In this document: one piece after another, positions 49,273 to 62,175 of the stretch
How positions within the stretch are numbered: the first letter of the stretch is position 1
Layout: each line of letters starts with the position of its first letter
From: Macrostomum lignano
Taxonomy: Eukaryota
Direction of reading: 5' to 3'
NCBI GenBank assembly: GCA_002269645.1
Contig: NIVC01003563.1
Span: 27,061-91,060 of the forward strand
DNA: 64,000 nt
Program-made: the position numbers and the translations under genes
The notes under the pieces: generated by a model
Databases searched by the model: none
Seen by the model: the letters and a program-made list of their open reading frames with translations, nothing else
What the model was told of the DNA's origin: nothing

Positions 49273-50881
49273 TAGCCTACCCTTTTGTGATGAACAGCAG
49301 GATACAAGTACCTTAGGACATTAAATTGGGGATCATTGAAAACCTGACATTGGGAACCATCCTAGAGATCCTGACATCTTCCTAGAGACCCTGAAGGACG
49401 AAGATAAGAACAAAGACGACAGGAGAAGCTTCTACATGTGCAGTACAGTCCCTGACAGCCTCCTAGAGAATTATTTTGTAGACCTAAGGCGTTGTGCGCG
49501 TAAATATGTTTATCAGTTTACATATGAACAGCAAGTGTACATATAATTTACCGTCTGAAATCTGCTGAGTGATAGAATGCAGTCTCCGTCTGGATGTTGC
49601 GCACAAATGACTTTTGTGTCAGACAATAGGATTCACCGCTCTTCTCCGCAGTTACTACTATACTGAAAAAAGTAGTGTAGTATGTCATGCCATGATGCAG
49701 GTTGAAAAAAGCAACAAATTATTGAATTGAAAAACATGCAAATGAATTCTACAATTGTACATGTATACTAAATGCATTTAAATATAAATTATTGTATAAT
49801 AATAAAATAATGTATACCTCTTGAGCAAAAAATTATTATAGTTTGATCGATTTTAACAGCAAAACGCGCGTACCACAAAAACTTTCGACGGAACAGCCAT
49901 CAACTTATGACGCTTTCAAAAGAATCGCAGAGAGGAAGATAAAAACTGGCAAAGAAATTTTGAAAATAAACTTTTTGCATAAAATTTGGCTCGTAATGTA
50001 TAGCCCGAAGCAATTGAGTTCCAGTTTAAAAATGCTAGCGAAGATTGGGATGGGACTTCTAAGAGAGAAAAGTGTCAGTGAGAGTGGTGCAGCGAGCGTG
50101 CAGCAGGGGGCAGCTCCCATGATATGGTCTTTTAATGGAAGACTGCTAAATAATGACTCCATGAAACTTAAAATTCTTATTTAAAAAACCTCGTGTTGCT
50201 ATTTAACACGTTTAACGCTTACCTACATGTATATAGTTGTGTGTAAAATCGGATAGACATGCATGTAGAAAACTCGTTTAACGGTACAGTAGTGCAGTAT
50301 CTCGGCTGAGCAATGAGAATCAGTGTGGATGCATGCAGCGGCATTCACAGAAGGATTCGATCAGAGGTGTCAGATTTATCCACATAAATTGACAATGATC
50401 GTATTAATTCCTATTTTCTCTGTATTTTGCGTGTGTTGGCCCTCAATTAAGCCGTTTTAATTTTTGTTTGTTGTGTGTATATGTAGAACCGTTCGTAATG
50501 CTTGCACGTTGCACGATTGATATTTTAGACACACGTACGTTATTTCTAAATACAAACTGCCTCGCCTCGGTCACTCTAACTTCTCTGTCTTTTAATTATC
50601 TCTCCTTTCGCTCTTGATCCGATTTTACATGTCGACCGTTTAAATCCGCCAGCTATAGCCAGCTGTTGCTAAATTTAGCTTCTAGTGTTAGTTCATTTCA
50701 AGTTATTTTTTTGTCCCACTAATAACTGGCTTCCTTAAAAGACAAGGGATCAAATTGACAATTGAAATGGCACAAACATACAAATAGTTAAAAAAATGCA
50801 CTTTGAAATTTTACAGACATTGCCCACACAAAATCGGGAGAGTACTCTCACGCATCATAAATTATATACCTATCATGTCAT

Positions 50882-51176
50882 ACAATAACAATAATGATTA
50901 ACAGCTGCCCCAATTGGGCCAGAGGTGCAGCCGACAGCTCAGCCGCAGCTATTATTGCGCGGCGCATTCTGAAGGCTGCGTACGGCTATAATAGCTGTTC
51001 AGTCCAAAGGACGGGGGGTTCACCACTCTGATCAATTTACCCCAGCTAATGCTCGGCTGGGCTGGGCAGACGCAATGCAGAGCTAAGTGTCTTGCAATAA
51101 ATTGTTCCGATTTGGTCGAGAAGCGAACCTCTGGTCGTGAGTCCAACGCTCTAAAACCACTACGCTATATACAACC
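50882..51176 (-). mobile_element. tRNA-derived SINE, copy 2
   Basis: The reverse complement aligns with copies 1 and 3 (gactcacga; gccgtacg...gcagccttcaga.tgcgccgcgc). Confidence 0.8.
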
Positions 51177-51688
51177 GGCCCTTAAGCTATGGCTACATCT
51201 CCTCTGGTTAGGCTACGCCTTTTAGGCTACAACCCCCTTTAGGCTACAACCCCCTTTTAGGCACATTCTGAATATAAAGATTCTGATGAAACTCCAAAGT
51301 TAGAAAAAATAATATATTTTTGTTAGACCAGATACCACAATTTTGAATGTCTGTTTTCATAGAAAAGAACGAACATTTTTTTCACAAACACTGGTGCGTC
51401 GGGTGTGGTTATTACTTGCCTACCTTTAATAATTGATTCATGTTCCTTTTCATTATCCTAGATTTTATTTCGTTTTTTACTACAGTGCCTTGCATTCTGC
51501 TTTGGTTTTTTCTAGTTAGTTGGTAAAGAACGATTATATCCCAACGCTAAAAATAGTAAGGCCAGCACCCTTGACTTGACCTTACACTTACACCCAACAA
51601 ACTTGCATTACTGAAAAGCGAATATTAAATCTGGATTCATTTTAAGGTCGAGTCTATATCTACAGCCTACAGGCTACAGCTTATAGTT

Positions 51689-51752
51689 ATGTATGGGAAA
51701 ATTGCAAGCCTCTGTACTATATGTCTACTAATATCTGTGTATTTATTTGATG
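51689..51752 (+). CDS. Exon 1 (signal peptide) of the RGG/PPxY single-pass membrane protein
   Basis: ATG-YGKIASLCTICLLISVYLFD with a phase-1 donor G|gtaagt. It joins the phase-1 acceptor at 55318 to give ...LFDDTAA-RGGRFGG. Confidence 0.65.
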
Positions 51753-53821
51753 GTAAGTTTTTTGTCTTTACTTTTCAATTTTTAGTTTTTTATTCCCCAT
51801 TGATTTTTTGCGGTAGGTTGATTGGGATCAAAATTTAAAGTAAATATTGAGCCAAGAATTAAAATTGAAGTGATGAAACCATTAGTATAAGTAAAGATAG
51901 AATTGTATATATATAATTATGCCTAATGGCAATGGCAATCTCTTCATTTGTGGCATTAAATTATTTTTCTTTTTCTCGTATAAAAACTTCCTGATCTATT
52001 TTTAGGACAGATCAGAATAGATCACTGATAGATAAAGGTAGATCTTCAATGGATCAGGATCTAGTAGATCTCTAATAAATATCTAGGTCTAGCTTTCCAT
52101 TAGGCCTAGATTGTACCAAACTTTTTATGTCTTAAGAAGGTTAAATAAAAACTTTAAAAAAATTTTGTGCCACAAAGTAGGAACTTGCCATGAAAATATA
52201 TTTTGAGTTTATCTTGGCTATGTACTAAAATAGTAAAAATGATTTTAAACTAATATAAGTTGTAACAATGATCATAAAATATAATTAGCTAGTAAGCTAG
52301 GCCTAGCTAATACAAAATTCTAATACCTAGGCCTTGGTTTTAAATCTAGGACTACAATATCAATAACTAATAAATAAAGTCCTTATTAGTACTTGACTTG
52401 ATAATTAAAACTTGAATAGGTTTAGGGCCTATTTGACCCTATTTTGTATATTAGGCCTGATATTTAAAATCTTTTTATCATATCCAAATTGGAATAAGTT
52501 AAAAAATGTGGATGGTTATCTGTCATGTTTTAAAATAGTTTTTGATGCTTTATCACAGATTCTAGAAAGCAGGTGGTGTCATATTGTGGTGTAATAGAAA
52601 GCAATATTGTATGTTGTAGCACATTGCAATTGATAGGTGGCAGCACTAGAAGTATGATGCATGTGTGACACCATAAGATTAATATAGTTGTCATTTAAGA
52701 CTTCGAGTATAGAGTCTTATGCATAAGATAGTTGTAACACTAGAGATAATATACTTTTTTGATTGTGAGAATGTTGGTAAGTAGACAGAAAGTGTCTATG
52801 AGTAGATAAGAGGCATCAATGAAAGGACAGGAAGTGCCAATGAGTGGATATTGATTACTGATATTTCTATAGACACACTGTAATTTGACAATACTAAGAG
52901 TAAATTATGATTTAGATATGTGTAATTTTGTTTGCATTGTTGTTTGCATTGAGGAAAAAGCTAAATAGAGTACTGAAACCTATAAAATGAATGAATATTA
53001 TACAATATAGTGTATTTTCAAAGCTTAAATTTTGTATATATACACAAAGGCAACAGGATAAAAATTTGTTGAAATAAAAGGCTTCTTTTCAGCCAATATA
53101 GAAATGAAAAAAAAATAGGTAACAAAAGAGCATACATACTGCTGGCTGACCTGGCCGATCTGGCCACCATAAATTGTGGTGGACCAGGGGTAAGTTACAA
53201 AAATGCCCACCTCAAAGAATACAGTAGTACTAATTAGATGACGAGGCATTTAGCCCTTATAAGACAGTTATAGTTACTCCTGCCATTTATCCAAAATTGC
53301 ATTAATTTTGCTTTAGTGTGTCTTACAGGTAAGTCGCATGGCCAGTGTAAATCAGTGGGGTTGCATATATATACAAAAGAGCATTAAGAATATACAATTT
53401 AGAGGGTATTTATAAAAGATAAAGTTCTTCAATACACTCAAGCTTGTCCTCCAAAGAATAGGAAGTCAATCATTGTGATGTTGATGACTTTAGAACTATT
53501 TTTGGTAGTGCTCTGCAAACTGCCAGACTAGTTGAAGCCATGATCCATTGTTGGTCCTTTTTACTTTGCCAGGTAAACCTGTGGGCTGTGGAGAAAAGAG
53601 CCATTTTTAAAAAATCAAGCTTGCAATTTTGTTAGCTTTGTTATCTATATTGGAATAAAAAAAGTTAAAGAAATTGTGAAAATCACCTGTTTGGCTTTCT
53701 TTGTGTTTACAATTGACAATAGCACAGATGAGACTTGTAGTCTAGAATAAAATTAGGAGAAAAAAAGTTAACCAAGATATTATTAATTTATTATTTTTTT
53801 AATCCATTATTTTAAAGCTTT

Positions 53822-54481
53822 TGTAATAGGCCTTTGAGCTCTCTCTAGAAATCTCAACCGCTGACACCAAAGTTGTGCTAGGGGTTCTCCTGTACAATAC
53901 AAAAGCCCACTGTTAAACCACCAAAGTTGTTGTAGGGCTTACTTTCTGGCTATTAAATTTCTACTGTTGACACTTAATCTTGCCTTAATGTTTTAACTGT
54001 TTCTTAGAATTTCATATTTTTCTAGGTAGCGTTCTTGTAGTGTTCTGGTAGCGTTCTTAGTAGGTGGTCTGGTAGCATTCTTAGTATATGGCCTGAGCAG
54101 TCTTACTAGTATATGTACTTTCTCTCTCCAGTCTGGGCATTACCAAGATTAGAGGGTCACAGCGATTACTCTTAGTACTACTCTTTGCATGAATCCCAGG
54201 TGTAACTTTCAACCTTCTTCACAATACTCTTAGAAATGAACAACAATCTGAGAACTGAGTTTGTTTATATTCTATCAAACAAGTGAACACAAGTATTACA
54301 CGAGTGCACAAGTTGGTCTTCCTACCTCCAACTTCGCTCTTATTTATACTGCCTCGATTGTGTATATTTATAACAAACATAGAATATTTGAGAATATTGA
54401 ATGAATTGAGAAAAACAAAAAAGATAATTTTTTGTGTGTTTTTAGAAATAAAGTTCCTAGAAAGTGATAACCGCTTCTACA
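53822..54481 (-). mobile_element. Solo LTR (660 bp), same family as 28290-29283, intronic
   Basis: TGTAATAGGCC...CTTCTACA with a 5-bp TSD GCTTT (53817-53821 and 54482-54486). Shares caccaaagttgt, ggtagcgttct and agagggtcacagc blocks with the other copy. Confidence 0.78.
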
Positions 54482-55317
54482 GCTTTCCTCCTCTTATCAT
54501 GAATTTTGAATGAAAGCAGTGCTACAGTGAAAAATTTATGAATACGCAACAGACATAGTAATACATTCAGCATATAAATTAGAAGTTATCATATTAAAGA
54601 AAATAAAACATATTCAAGTATTACAAATGCTATTAGAGAAAACATAAAACATATTTAGTACAAATGCTAAATCAGATAGTCAATACAGGTGCTTTTGGGT
54701 GCTAAAGAACAAAATGCAGTGCACAGGTGAGCAACACACAATAAGAAAAAGTCATAAAATTTCAATGTTCACAAAAATAGGCATAACAAGTTCAAAGAAA
54801 ATAGGCATAGTAAAATTCATATATAAAACAAATAACAAAATCTCCTATTCTTACCAAGAGCTCATCAGTTGGTTTCCAAGAAGCCTCTCTTTGCAATCTA
54901 GCTATCTTTGATAGTGGCAAATGCTGGGCAGCTTCCTCATTGGCTTCATTCATCTTAACATAAAAGTGAAAGCGAAACTTACAAGATTAGAAAACCATAT
55001 AAAGGCTATATGCTATAAACAGATTAAAAAAATTTATTCTTGAAGACTTCGACTTTACACGAAATATATAGCACAAAAATTACCTTAAAAATCAGGTGTT
55101 ATTAGTGCTTGTGCAATGTTTTTTTCTATTGGATAGTATTTGTTATACTTGGCTGTATTTTTTGAAAACCTCACGGTTTGTTAGTTAGGTAGGCTGCACA
55201 TCCTCAGGCCAGAAAATTCTAGTGTGCATAAGATGCTTCAAAACCTCTGCAAACTAGGCCTACAGTATTTGATGTATCTCAACCTTTCAAGTTGTCAATT
55301 ACACACCCAACTCACAG

Positions 55318-55799
55318 ATACTGCAGCCAGAGGTGGTCGCTTCGGCGGTAGATACTCTTCCTACAGCTCTTACCGGTCCTACAGTTCCTACAGGTATAGT
55401 TCCGGTTACTATAGCTCACCCTTAAATAGCAAGCAGACAACTCTTATAGCCCTGCTCTGTCTGGGCGGTGGCGTTCTGATCATCATGGTTCTAATCTGTC
55501 ACTATTGCGGCCAATCAAAGAAACGGGAGCAGCGGGAGCGGCAGGTGTTGGAGCGGCAACGGCAGGAGCAGATGGCTATGCTACTGCGGCAGCGCCAGCT
55601 GCAACAGCAACGGGAGGAGCAGCTGCATCAGCGTCAGCGCGAACGTCAGGAGCTGCTGCAGCAGCCGCCGGCTGCATCTAGCGAGTCATCTCCCCCATAC
55701 CCCGTTGACGCGCCTCTCGAGCCCAGCAGCAGCGACCACACGGAGTCGTCCGCTCCGCCGCCCTCCTACGATTCTGTTGTCGGTGCAAGCAAGGCCTGA
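55318..55799 (+). CDS. Exon 2 of a 181-aa type I membrane protein (RGG/Tyr-Ser ectodomain, TM, Gln/Arg-rich tail, PPxY motifs; WBP1/Shisa-like architecture)
   Basis: Acceptor ctcacag|at. TM LIALLCLGGGVLIIMVLI followed by CHYC. SPPYP and PPPSY near the C-terminus. Confidence 0.75.
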
Positions 55800-56120
55800 C
55801 AATGGGCCCCGTCAGTAGCACCTTAAAGCTAGAGCTCAGAATGTTAATTTTTCATTAACAAACTTTTTTTATTGCCGGTTTTTGGTGTTCAAAAAGTCAA
55901 GATATTTTATTTACAATTTTTAGGCCATTGAATAATTGTAATTATAACATTTTTGCAATATGCTAATAATGCGTATATTAATCCAGTCAAGTTCGTATTT
56001 TATGCTACCGTAAAAATGTACTTTTATTAATCGAATTGGAAACTTTGTTTTAAGTTTTAAGAATTAAGTTTTTTGGTCGGGGTACACTTTGTACTTTATC
56101 AAGCTTGGGAGACAAATAAC

Positions 56121-56428
56121 TGATTGATAATAATTGATTACACCTGCTCCAATTGGTCCAGATTTGCAACCGACAGCTCAGCCGCAGCCATTGCGCGGCG
56201 CATCTGAAGGCTGCGTACGGCTGATCAGTCCATGGACTGGGGGTCGTCACACACACCCTCAATTACATGTACCCCAGCTAATGCAGGCACCCATTTTACA
56301 GCTGGGTGAACTGAAAAAATGCAATGCAATGCTTTCCCAAGGACACAAATTGTTCCAGTGGGATCGGGAATCGAACCCTCGACCTTCAAATCGTGAGTCC
56401 CACGCTCTAACCACTAGGCTACAATCCC
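56121..56428 (-). mobile_element. tRNA-derived SINE, copy 3 (best-preserved head)
   Basis: Head GGGATTGTAGCCTAGTGGTTAGAGCG...CTCACGA...GGTTCGATTCCCGATCCCA followed by the shared body. Confidence 0.88.
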
Positions 56429-57794
56429 TTACGTTGTGTAGCCAAAGCTGAATTTTTATTGTTTAGAACATTGTTTAGAACACAAGTTGAGCTTTTAAAT
56501 GAAGCATCACTCAGGAAAATCGGTTGGGAGTTGCTATGGATATAAAAGCTGTCTCACTTGAAGTTGAACGCACCTGGTATTCCACAAGAGCATCAACGAG
56601 CTCCTGCTTTGAGTAAAAGCGTCTCACCTTGAGATTAGTCTTGGGAGTCTGAATACTACACCCAATGGTCGCCACCTGTAAGCATTTTTTTCGGCTGCAG
56701 CAAGGTCGATCCTGCATAGCTGGTGAAAAGTTTTAACACATAGCAGCTTTTTAATTGACTACTGACCCGGGTATTATATGGCCAGTGTAAAGCACTTTAC
56801 AAAGTCATCCATTGTAACCTTTTTTACAGTTTACTGTTTTCTTCCCGAAAATTCTCATTGCTGCAATAATTTTTAAAATCGGTTTTTTTGCTAATTGCTT
56901 TTCTGTTTAGTGTACATTAACTATTATGCATGCGCCTCTCATTGGAATCTCAGAAACTTTGACTCGATTGCGTTATATTATACTATAAGATATTTATTAC
57001 CTAAACATATATGCAACAACACAATAGTGGCATATTTTATAGTTATGATTTTTTACTTAATTTGCCCATTTAAAAAGCAACGTTAGCAATACTGTTTTCT
57101 ATTTATTAATTTCTAATAAAAGTTGTTTTGAAGCTGAACATATTTTGGCATTGCTTTTGTCGTGCTATCTGAAACTTTGAGCCACAATAGAAGGAACAAT
57201 TTGTTTTTTGTCCTGACAAAATTTGTTATTATGATTTTTTGTTTACACTAGGTGCTGCTTCATGATCTACTTCATTATTAGCTAAGGTTTCTGAATCATA
57301 GCCGCTGCATCAGAATTAATCTTTCATTTAATATTGATCGAGAAATCTGTTGCTTTAGTAGAAAATCGAATATAATTTTTACTATTTGTATCTTGTTTTC
57401 AGAAGTGTCCCTTTTATCGGCTGTAACTTTGAGATTGACAGCTAAAAGACATTCAGACAGCTAACAGTCAGTTCAGAGCCCTTCTATTCGGAAACCCGAT
57501 TTCGAGAGATCAAGCTGGTTTGGTAGCGGAGGATTAGCTTAATTAATCTCTAGATTAGCTGATTTGTATCTTTTCAAATTCTCTCCCCCCCCGATTGTCT
57601 CTCGATGCCTGATTCTCTTAGCTGTAAAACCTGGCTGCATGGTCGCCACACCGATGCTACCTTGGAGCCGACCATCTGACAGAAGTGGGAGGGGGCAGCT
57701 AGAACGCTATAACCGATCTGCAGTTTCTGCACTATGAGGCCTGAGAAGCAACTATGATCAAATGCTTTACAACAACCATAACAACAAAACGCGC

Positions 57795-58830
57795 TGTCAG
57801 TGATAGTCTTTATGCAGAAGACCGCGCCTCTGGGCCAGGCGGCGAACGAAGGTCACGCGACCGACCGACTCCGGGGCGCCAACATCGCTATAGCAGGCAG
57901 CCGACGAAACGCCGAGTGCGCTTGTCTGTAGCGTCAACGGCAGCACCTTCACTTGCTGTGGGCGGCACGACTCGGCTTGTTAGCCTTTCAGCTGGGGTGT
58001 CTCCGACGGGTGCAACAGGTCGCTCGGACGTCGGACAAGGCTGTGGAGGCGATACAATGCCGCGTTAGAAACTTGCTCCTCACCCGATCTTGAAGGCGGC
58101 GCGCAACAGGCCAGCGTCTGCCACGTCTACTTTTTGCTCGAAGTCCGTCAGCGTCCAGATCTCAGCGTTGCACAGCAGGACAGTCTCGACCACCGCCTGG
58201 AACAACGACACCATTTGGCGGTCAAGTATAGGTCTGTCCTCACAGAACGAAAGGCATCCGCTGCTACGCTGCAGATCCTCGCGGACGCCGAGAACCAGAC
58301 TGCTGAGGCAGATGAACTGCTGACAACCTGCCCATCAGCTCAGCTGCGCCTCTGCACAAAATTTCGGCCTCGATGTCGTCTGGCGCACAGAGTACGACGG
58401 TCTTCTGTGTGTTGATCACCAGGCCGATAGTCGCCGCAACAGCAACCAGCTTGTCCAGTTGTCGTTGTAGATACCCTCGATAGTTGACAGCAAAGCGAGA
58501 TCGTCGGCATAGCCGAGCACGTTGAGCTGCCTCTCGGGTTAACGTCGACCCACACGTCGCCGCAGCAGAAAGCCTCGTCGTTAGTAGTAGTAAGAGCGAT
58601 TCGCAGCACCCAGTCGCACCAGAACGAAGAGGAACGGCGCGATCAGCATATCTCCCTGGAGCACCCCACCAGATTATGTCTCGAAGAAGTTCAATAGCTG
58701 CGAGTCCAGTGTTGAAACAGCAGCTTTCGTATCACAGTACAATTGCCATAATGCACCAGCTGAAACCACGGCGGCGATAACACCATCCTAGCTGTTAAAA
58801 GGCTTTAGAAGAGCTTTAGAACCATCACGA
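57795..58830 (-). mobile_element. Heavily decayed RTE-type LINE fragment (same family as 6492-9440)
   Basis: Minus strand VLGYADDLAL and GVLQG remnants. Plus-strand blocks gacgaaacgccgagtgcgc and gaa.gcggcgcgca.caggccagcgt are shared with the first copy. Confidence 0.8.
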
Positions 58831-58971
58831 CAATCGCGGATCAGTGGATCCTGGTGAAAAAAAACAAGGCGCAGATAGCTCTATATTACCTACGAGCGTA
58901 CATGAACTTTACTGACTACTATTATTAGTACTGCACTCTAGCCATCACATGCATATTCGCTAAGTAATGAT

Positions 58972-60324
58972 GGGATAGCGACGTTTGCCTGCGGGACGTT
59001 TGCCAGCCGACGTTTGCCAGCCGACGTTTGCCAGTGGGACGTTTGCCAGCCGACGTTTGCCAGCGGGACGTTTGCCAGCCGAAGTTTGCCTGCCGGACGT
59101 TTGCCTGCGGGACGTTTGCCAGCCGACGTTTGCCTGCCGGAAGTTTGCCAGCCAAAATTTGCTAGCCAATATAAAGCCAGTCAGTGAAAAATTTGATACT
59201 GAAACATTCGCAGTTTAGCGGTTTGACAAAAACCATTTTTACTCCAACTTTTTGACGGTTATTCGCATGTATACAAGTTTGAAAGCAAAAGCTATAAATT
59301 ATGCAGTTCATCAGTCTAACGTCTAATATCTATTTTACCAACGATTTTGGCACAACATATCAAAAGATGAGCATTGGGTTTGCCTCGTATGAAAGCAATA
59401 ACAATTGTTGTGCTGAAAAGATGAAAACTTCCTATCTCCCTATGGCCTTCAAAACATTTTTCATAGATTTCGAGTGCTGCGTACTTCTACTTTAGTATTC
59501 CTTGGCGTGACTATGCTTTGCATACGTAGTGTCTAGCGCTTGCTATTCTACTAGCTTGCTACTGGCGACTTGTCTGGCTATTCAGCTATATAGCTTACTA
59601 TAAAAACGTACCGCATTCGACTCGTCTACACATGTACGTTGAGATCGCGGTTTCCTTGCTTACTTGAGTAGTAATACAACAGCATTGGAATCAATTTGCT
59701 TACTTTTGGATCTCCCAATGAACTGAGAAATATATGAGCCAGAATTACCGCTCAGCAGCTCTTTTTGTTTGCCTCATAACTTAATCGCTGGAGATTCCCG
59801 TTGTAATCTGCGCGTCTTCTTTCGCACATCAAAAATCAAACATCTCAAACTGGGAAAAACGATACACAATTGTCAAAAGTAAACAATATTTTCACATTCA
59901 AAGAAAATCGTTGTTAAACTGGATATTAGATGTAAATCTATATAAATTGCATAATTTATATAGATTTTGCATAAATTTCATAATTTATAGCTTTTGCTTT
60001 CAAACTTGTATATATGCGAATAACCGTCAAAAAGTTGGAGTAAAAATGGTTTTTGTCAAACCGCTAAACTGCGAATGTTTCAGTATCAAATTTTTCACTG
60101 ACTGGCTTTATATTGGCTAGCAAATTTTGGCTGGCAAACTTCCGGCAGGCAAACGTCGGCTGGCAAACGTCCAGCAGGCAAACGTCCAGCAGGCAAACGT
60201 CCGACTGGCAAACGTCCCACTGGCAAACGTCGGCTGGCAAATGTCGGCTGGCAAATGTCGGCTGGCAAACGTCGGCTGGCAAACGTCGGCTGGCAAACGT
60301 CCCGCAGGCAAACGTCGTAGACCC
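58972..60324. mobile_element. Non-autonomous foldback/MULE-type element (1353 bp) with ~330-bp TIRs
   Basis: 58972-59303 is the near-perfect reverse complement of 59979-60324. The outer parts are 15-bp tandem units (gacgtttgccagcc[g]). GGG...CCC ends. 9-bp TSD AGTAATGAT/AGTAAAGAT with one mismatch. Confidence 0.88.
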
Positions 60325-60838
60325 AGTAAAGATACAGCACTCGTTACACAATAGCGGGTCGGGCAAGATCAGCGAAACCCTAGCCTTAGGAAGAGACGGC
60401 CGGGCCCACCCCACAGAAATTTCTGTGCACCCAACAACGAACGACCAACCCAAGATACTTGACGATCGGGGGGTTTGGAGAGAGCTTGTAGTGCACAAAA
60501 GACTGAAAACGGACTGGAAAACAAAATTCAGACTTCATCCTTTTTCGCCACCCCTAATTCATCCAACGCAACCGACGTACATATCGACGCACACCTCACT
60601 AACAACCTTAACTTCCCCAACCTACAACCTTAGCTCAACTAGCTAGAACAAACAGATTTGCTGTCCAATTAGGGAATCTGGCCCACATTTTCATTGCTTT
60701 TGAAAACCTATAAAAGACGTCGCTATCAGCAACGGAACGACAGAGATCCGTGGGACGGAGCTGTAGAATTATTAAAAGCTACACTGGACTCAGCAAAGCC
60801 GGTAGTAATTTTTTCAAGCGCCGTTTTCGAACAGAGCC

Positions 60839-61625
60839 ATGCCGAGAGCAACAGTGTCTTGTCTGTATTTTCTCGCGATCTGCATGCTGAGCTGTTTGGG
60901 CCCGCCTCTGGGGGTTGTCCGGACAATTTTTCCTTCCAGCACGGGTTCTGCCTCCATGTGAGACCGTTGCAACTGGGGACCGGTGGAATTAATTTCAACT
61001 GGTGCGAAGCTCAGGCCTTTTGTAATTCCATCGGCGGCCGCCTGCTGAGCACAGTGAGCACCCTTGTCGCGTTGCAGCCTCTGCTTCCGCCAGCTTCAAA
61101 CACGGAACGTTACTTCCTGGGATTCACCGACATGCTCAAGGAGGCCAATAGAAGTCGCAGAGGCTGGCTTAGCACTGATGATGGAGAACTTCCGGTCAAC
61201 AGCTTCATCGACTCGATTTGGTACCCGAACAGACCAGATGGCTCTAAACAATCTGATGACTGCCTTCAACTGTACAGCGACTTTGGAAATTCACCGTTAA
61301 CAGTGCTGGACGCTGTCTGCAGTAACCGCTACGGCTTCATCTGCGACCCGGGTCGCAGGCCTACAGCAAGCCTGTCAGCGTCTTTTTTAAGATCGGCCTT
61401 CCCACCCAGCAGCCTCCGAGACCGCTCCGTTCTACTGCCGTGGCGAGGAGCTGACTGTCAGAAACCGTCTTCACTGCGTGTCCCTGTGCGCCGTCAACAA
61501 CCCGGTGTGCAAGTCCATCCTGTTCAACAGGGCCAGCGCTCGCCTGCCGCCAGATTCTGCACGGAGACGCCGCCGTCGAGGCTTCCATCGAGACCGACGC
61601 CAACTGGCAGAAGTTTTCACGTTGA
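60839..61625 (+). pseudogene. Secreted C-type lectin + PAN/apple protein with three frameshifts (pseudogene or sequence errors)
   Basis: Signal-like MPRATVSCLYFLAICMLSCLG in one frame. CTLD (W.EAQAFC..IGGRL, W.P.RPDG...DDCL, C....GFICD) in a second. PAN-like HCVSLCAVNNPVCKSILFN, then CRQILHG...stop 61623-61625 in a third. AATAAA near 61729. Confidence 0.72.
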
Positions 61626-62175
61626 TCGTTGAAGCGAGTCGCCTATGCAGCCGCCGAATTAGCCTTGGGAAACTGAAAAAAACATTTGGCTTGAAACTTT
61701 AATTAGTTGCGTGGCTTCTGCTTTTCCAATAAAGCTTATGCAATCAATCGCCTAAATTGAAAACGAAATGAAAGATTCAATTCTTCTTAATTGAGACTCT
61801 GATTTTCCATTGTCTTTTCTTCTATCGCTATTGAAAAAGAATCAGTCGAATGCTTTTTGCTGAAACTTTTTTTATTCCAGAAGCAAAATTGTCCGTCTCC
61901 CCAAAGGCTGGCGGCGGCAGTGTAATTAAATTGCTTTCAATCTCAAGGAATATTTTAAAAAACTTCTTCAATGATTGACATTTCGGAGGACCCCAAACAA
62001 CAGAATTTTCACCTGGCTTTAAATACTCGTAACAATTAAATTAATTTGCCCAAAGCAATCTAAATATACTAAATCTCTAATATTTGTTTGTATGCTTGAA
62101 TGTCCATAATCTAAATATACTAAATCTCTAAGGTTTGTATGTTTGAATGAATCCTTCCTTCCTTCCTTCCTTCCT

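Noticed and set aside
56355-56428. Functional tRNA-Val(CAC)
   Set aside because: The anticodon stem is poorly paired, the T-stem and acceptor overlap is short, and it runs straight into the SINE body shared with two other copies.
56511-56717. Possible MULE-related coding remnant (YSKQELVDALVEY)
   Set aside because: Too short to assign, with no supporting termini.
60694-60838. 5' extension of the 312-aa ORF as the lectin N-terminus
   Set aside because: It starts at a non-ATG codon, and a better signal peptide begins at ATG 60839 in another frame.
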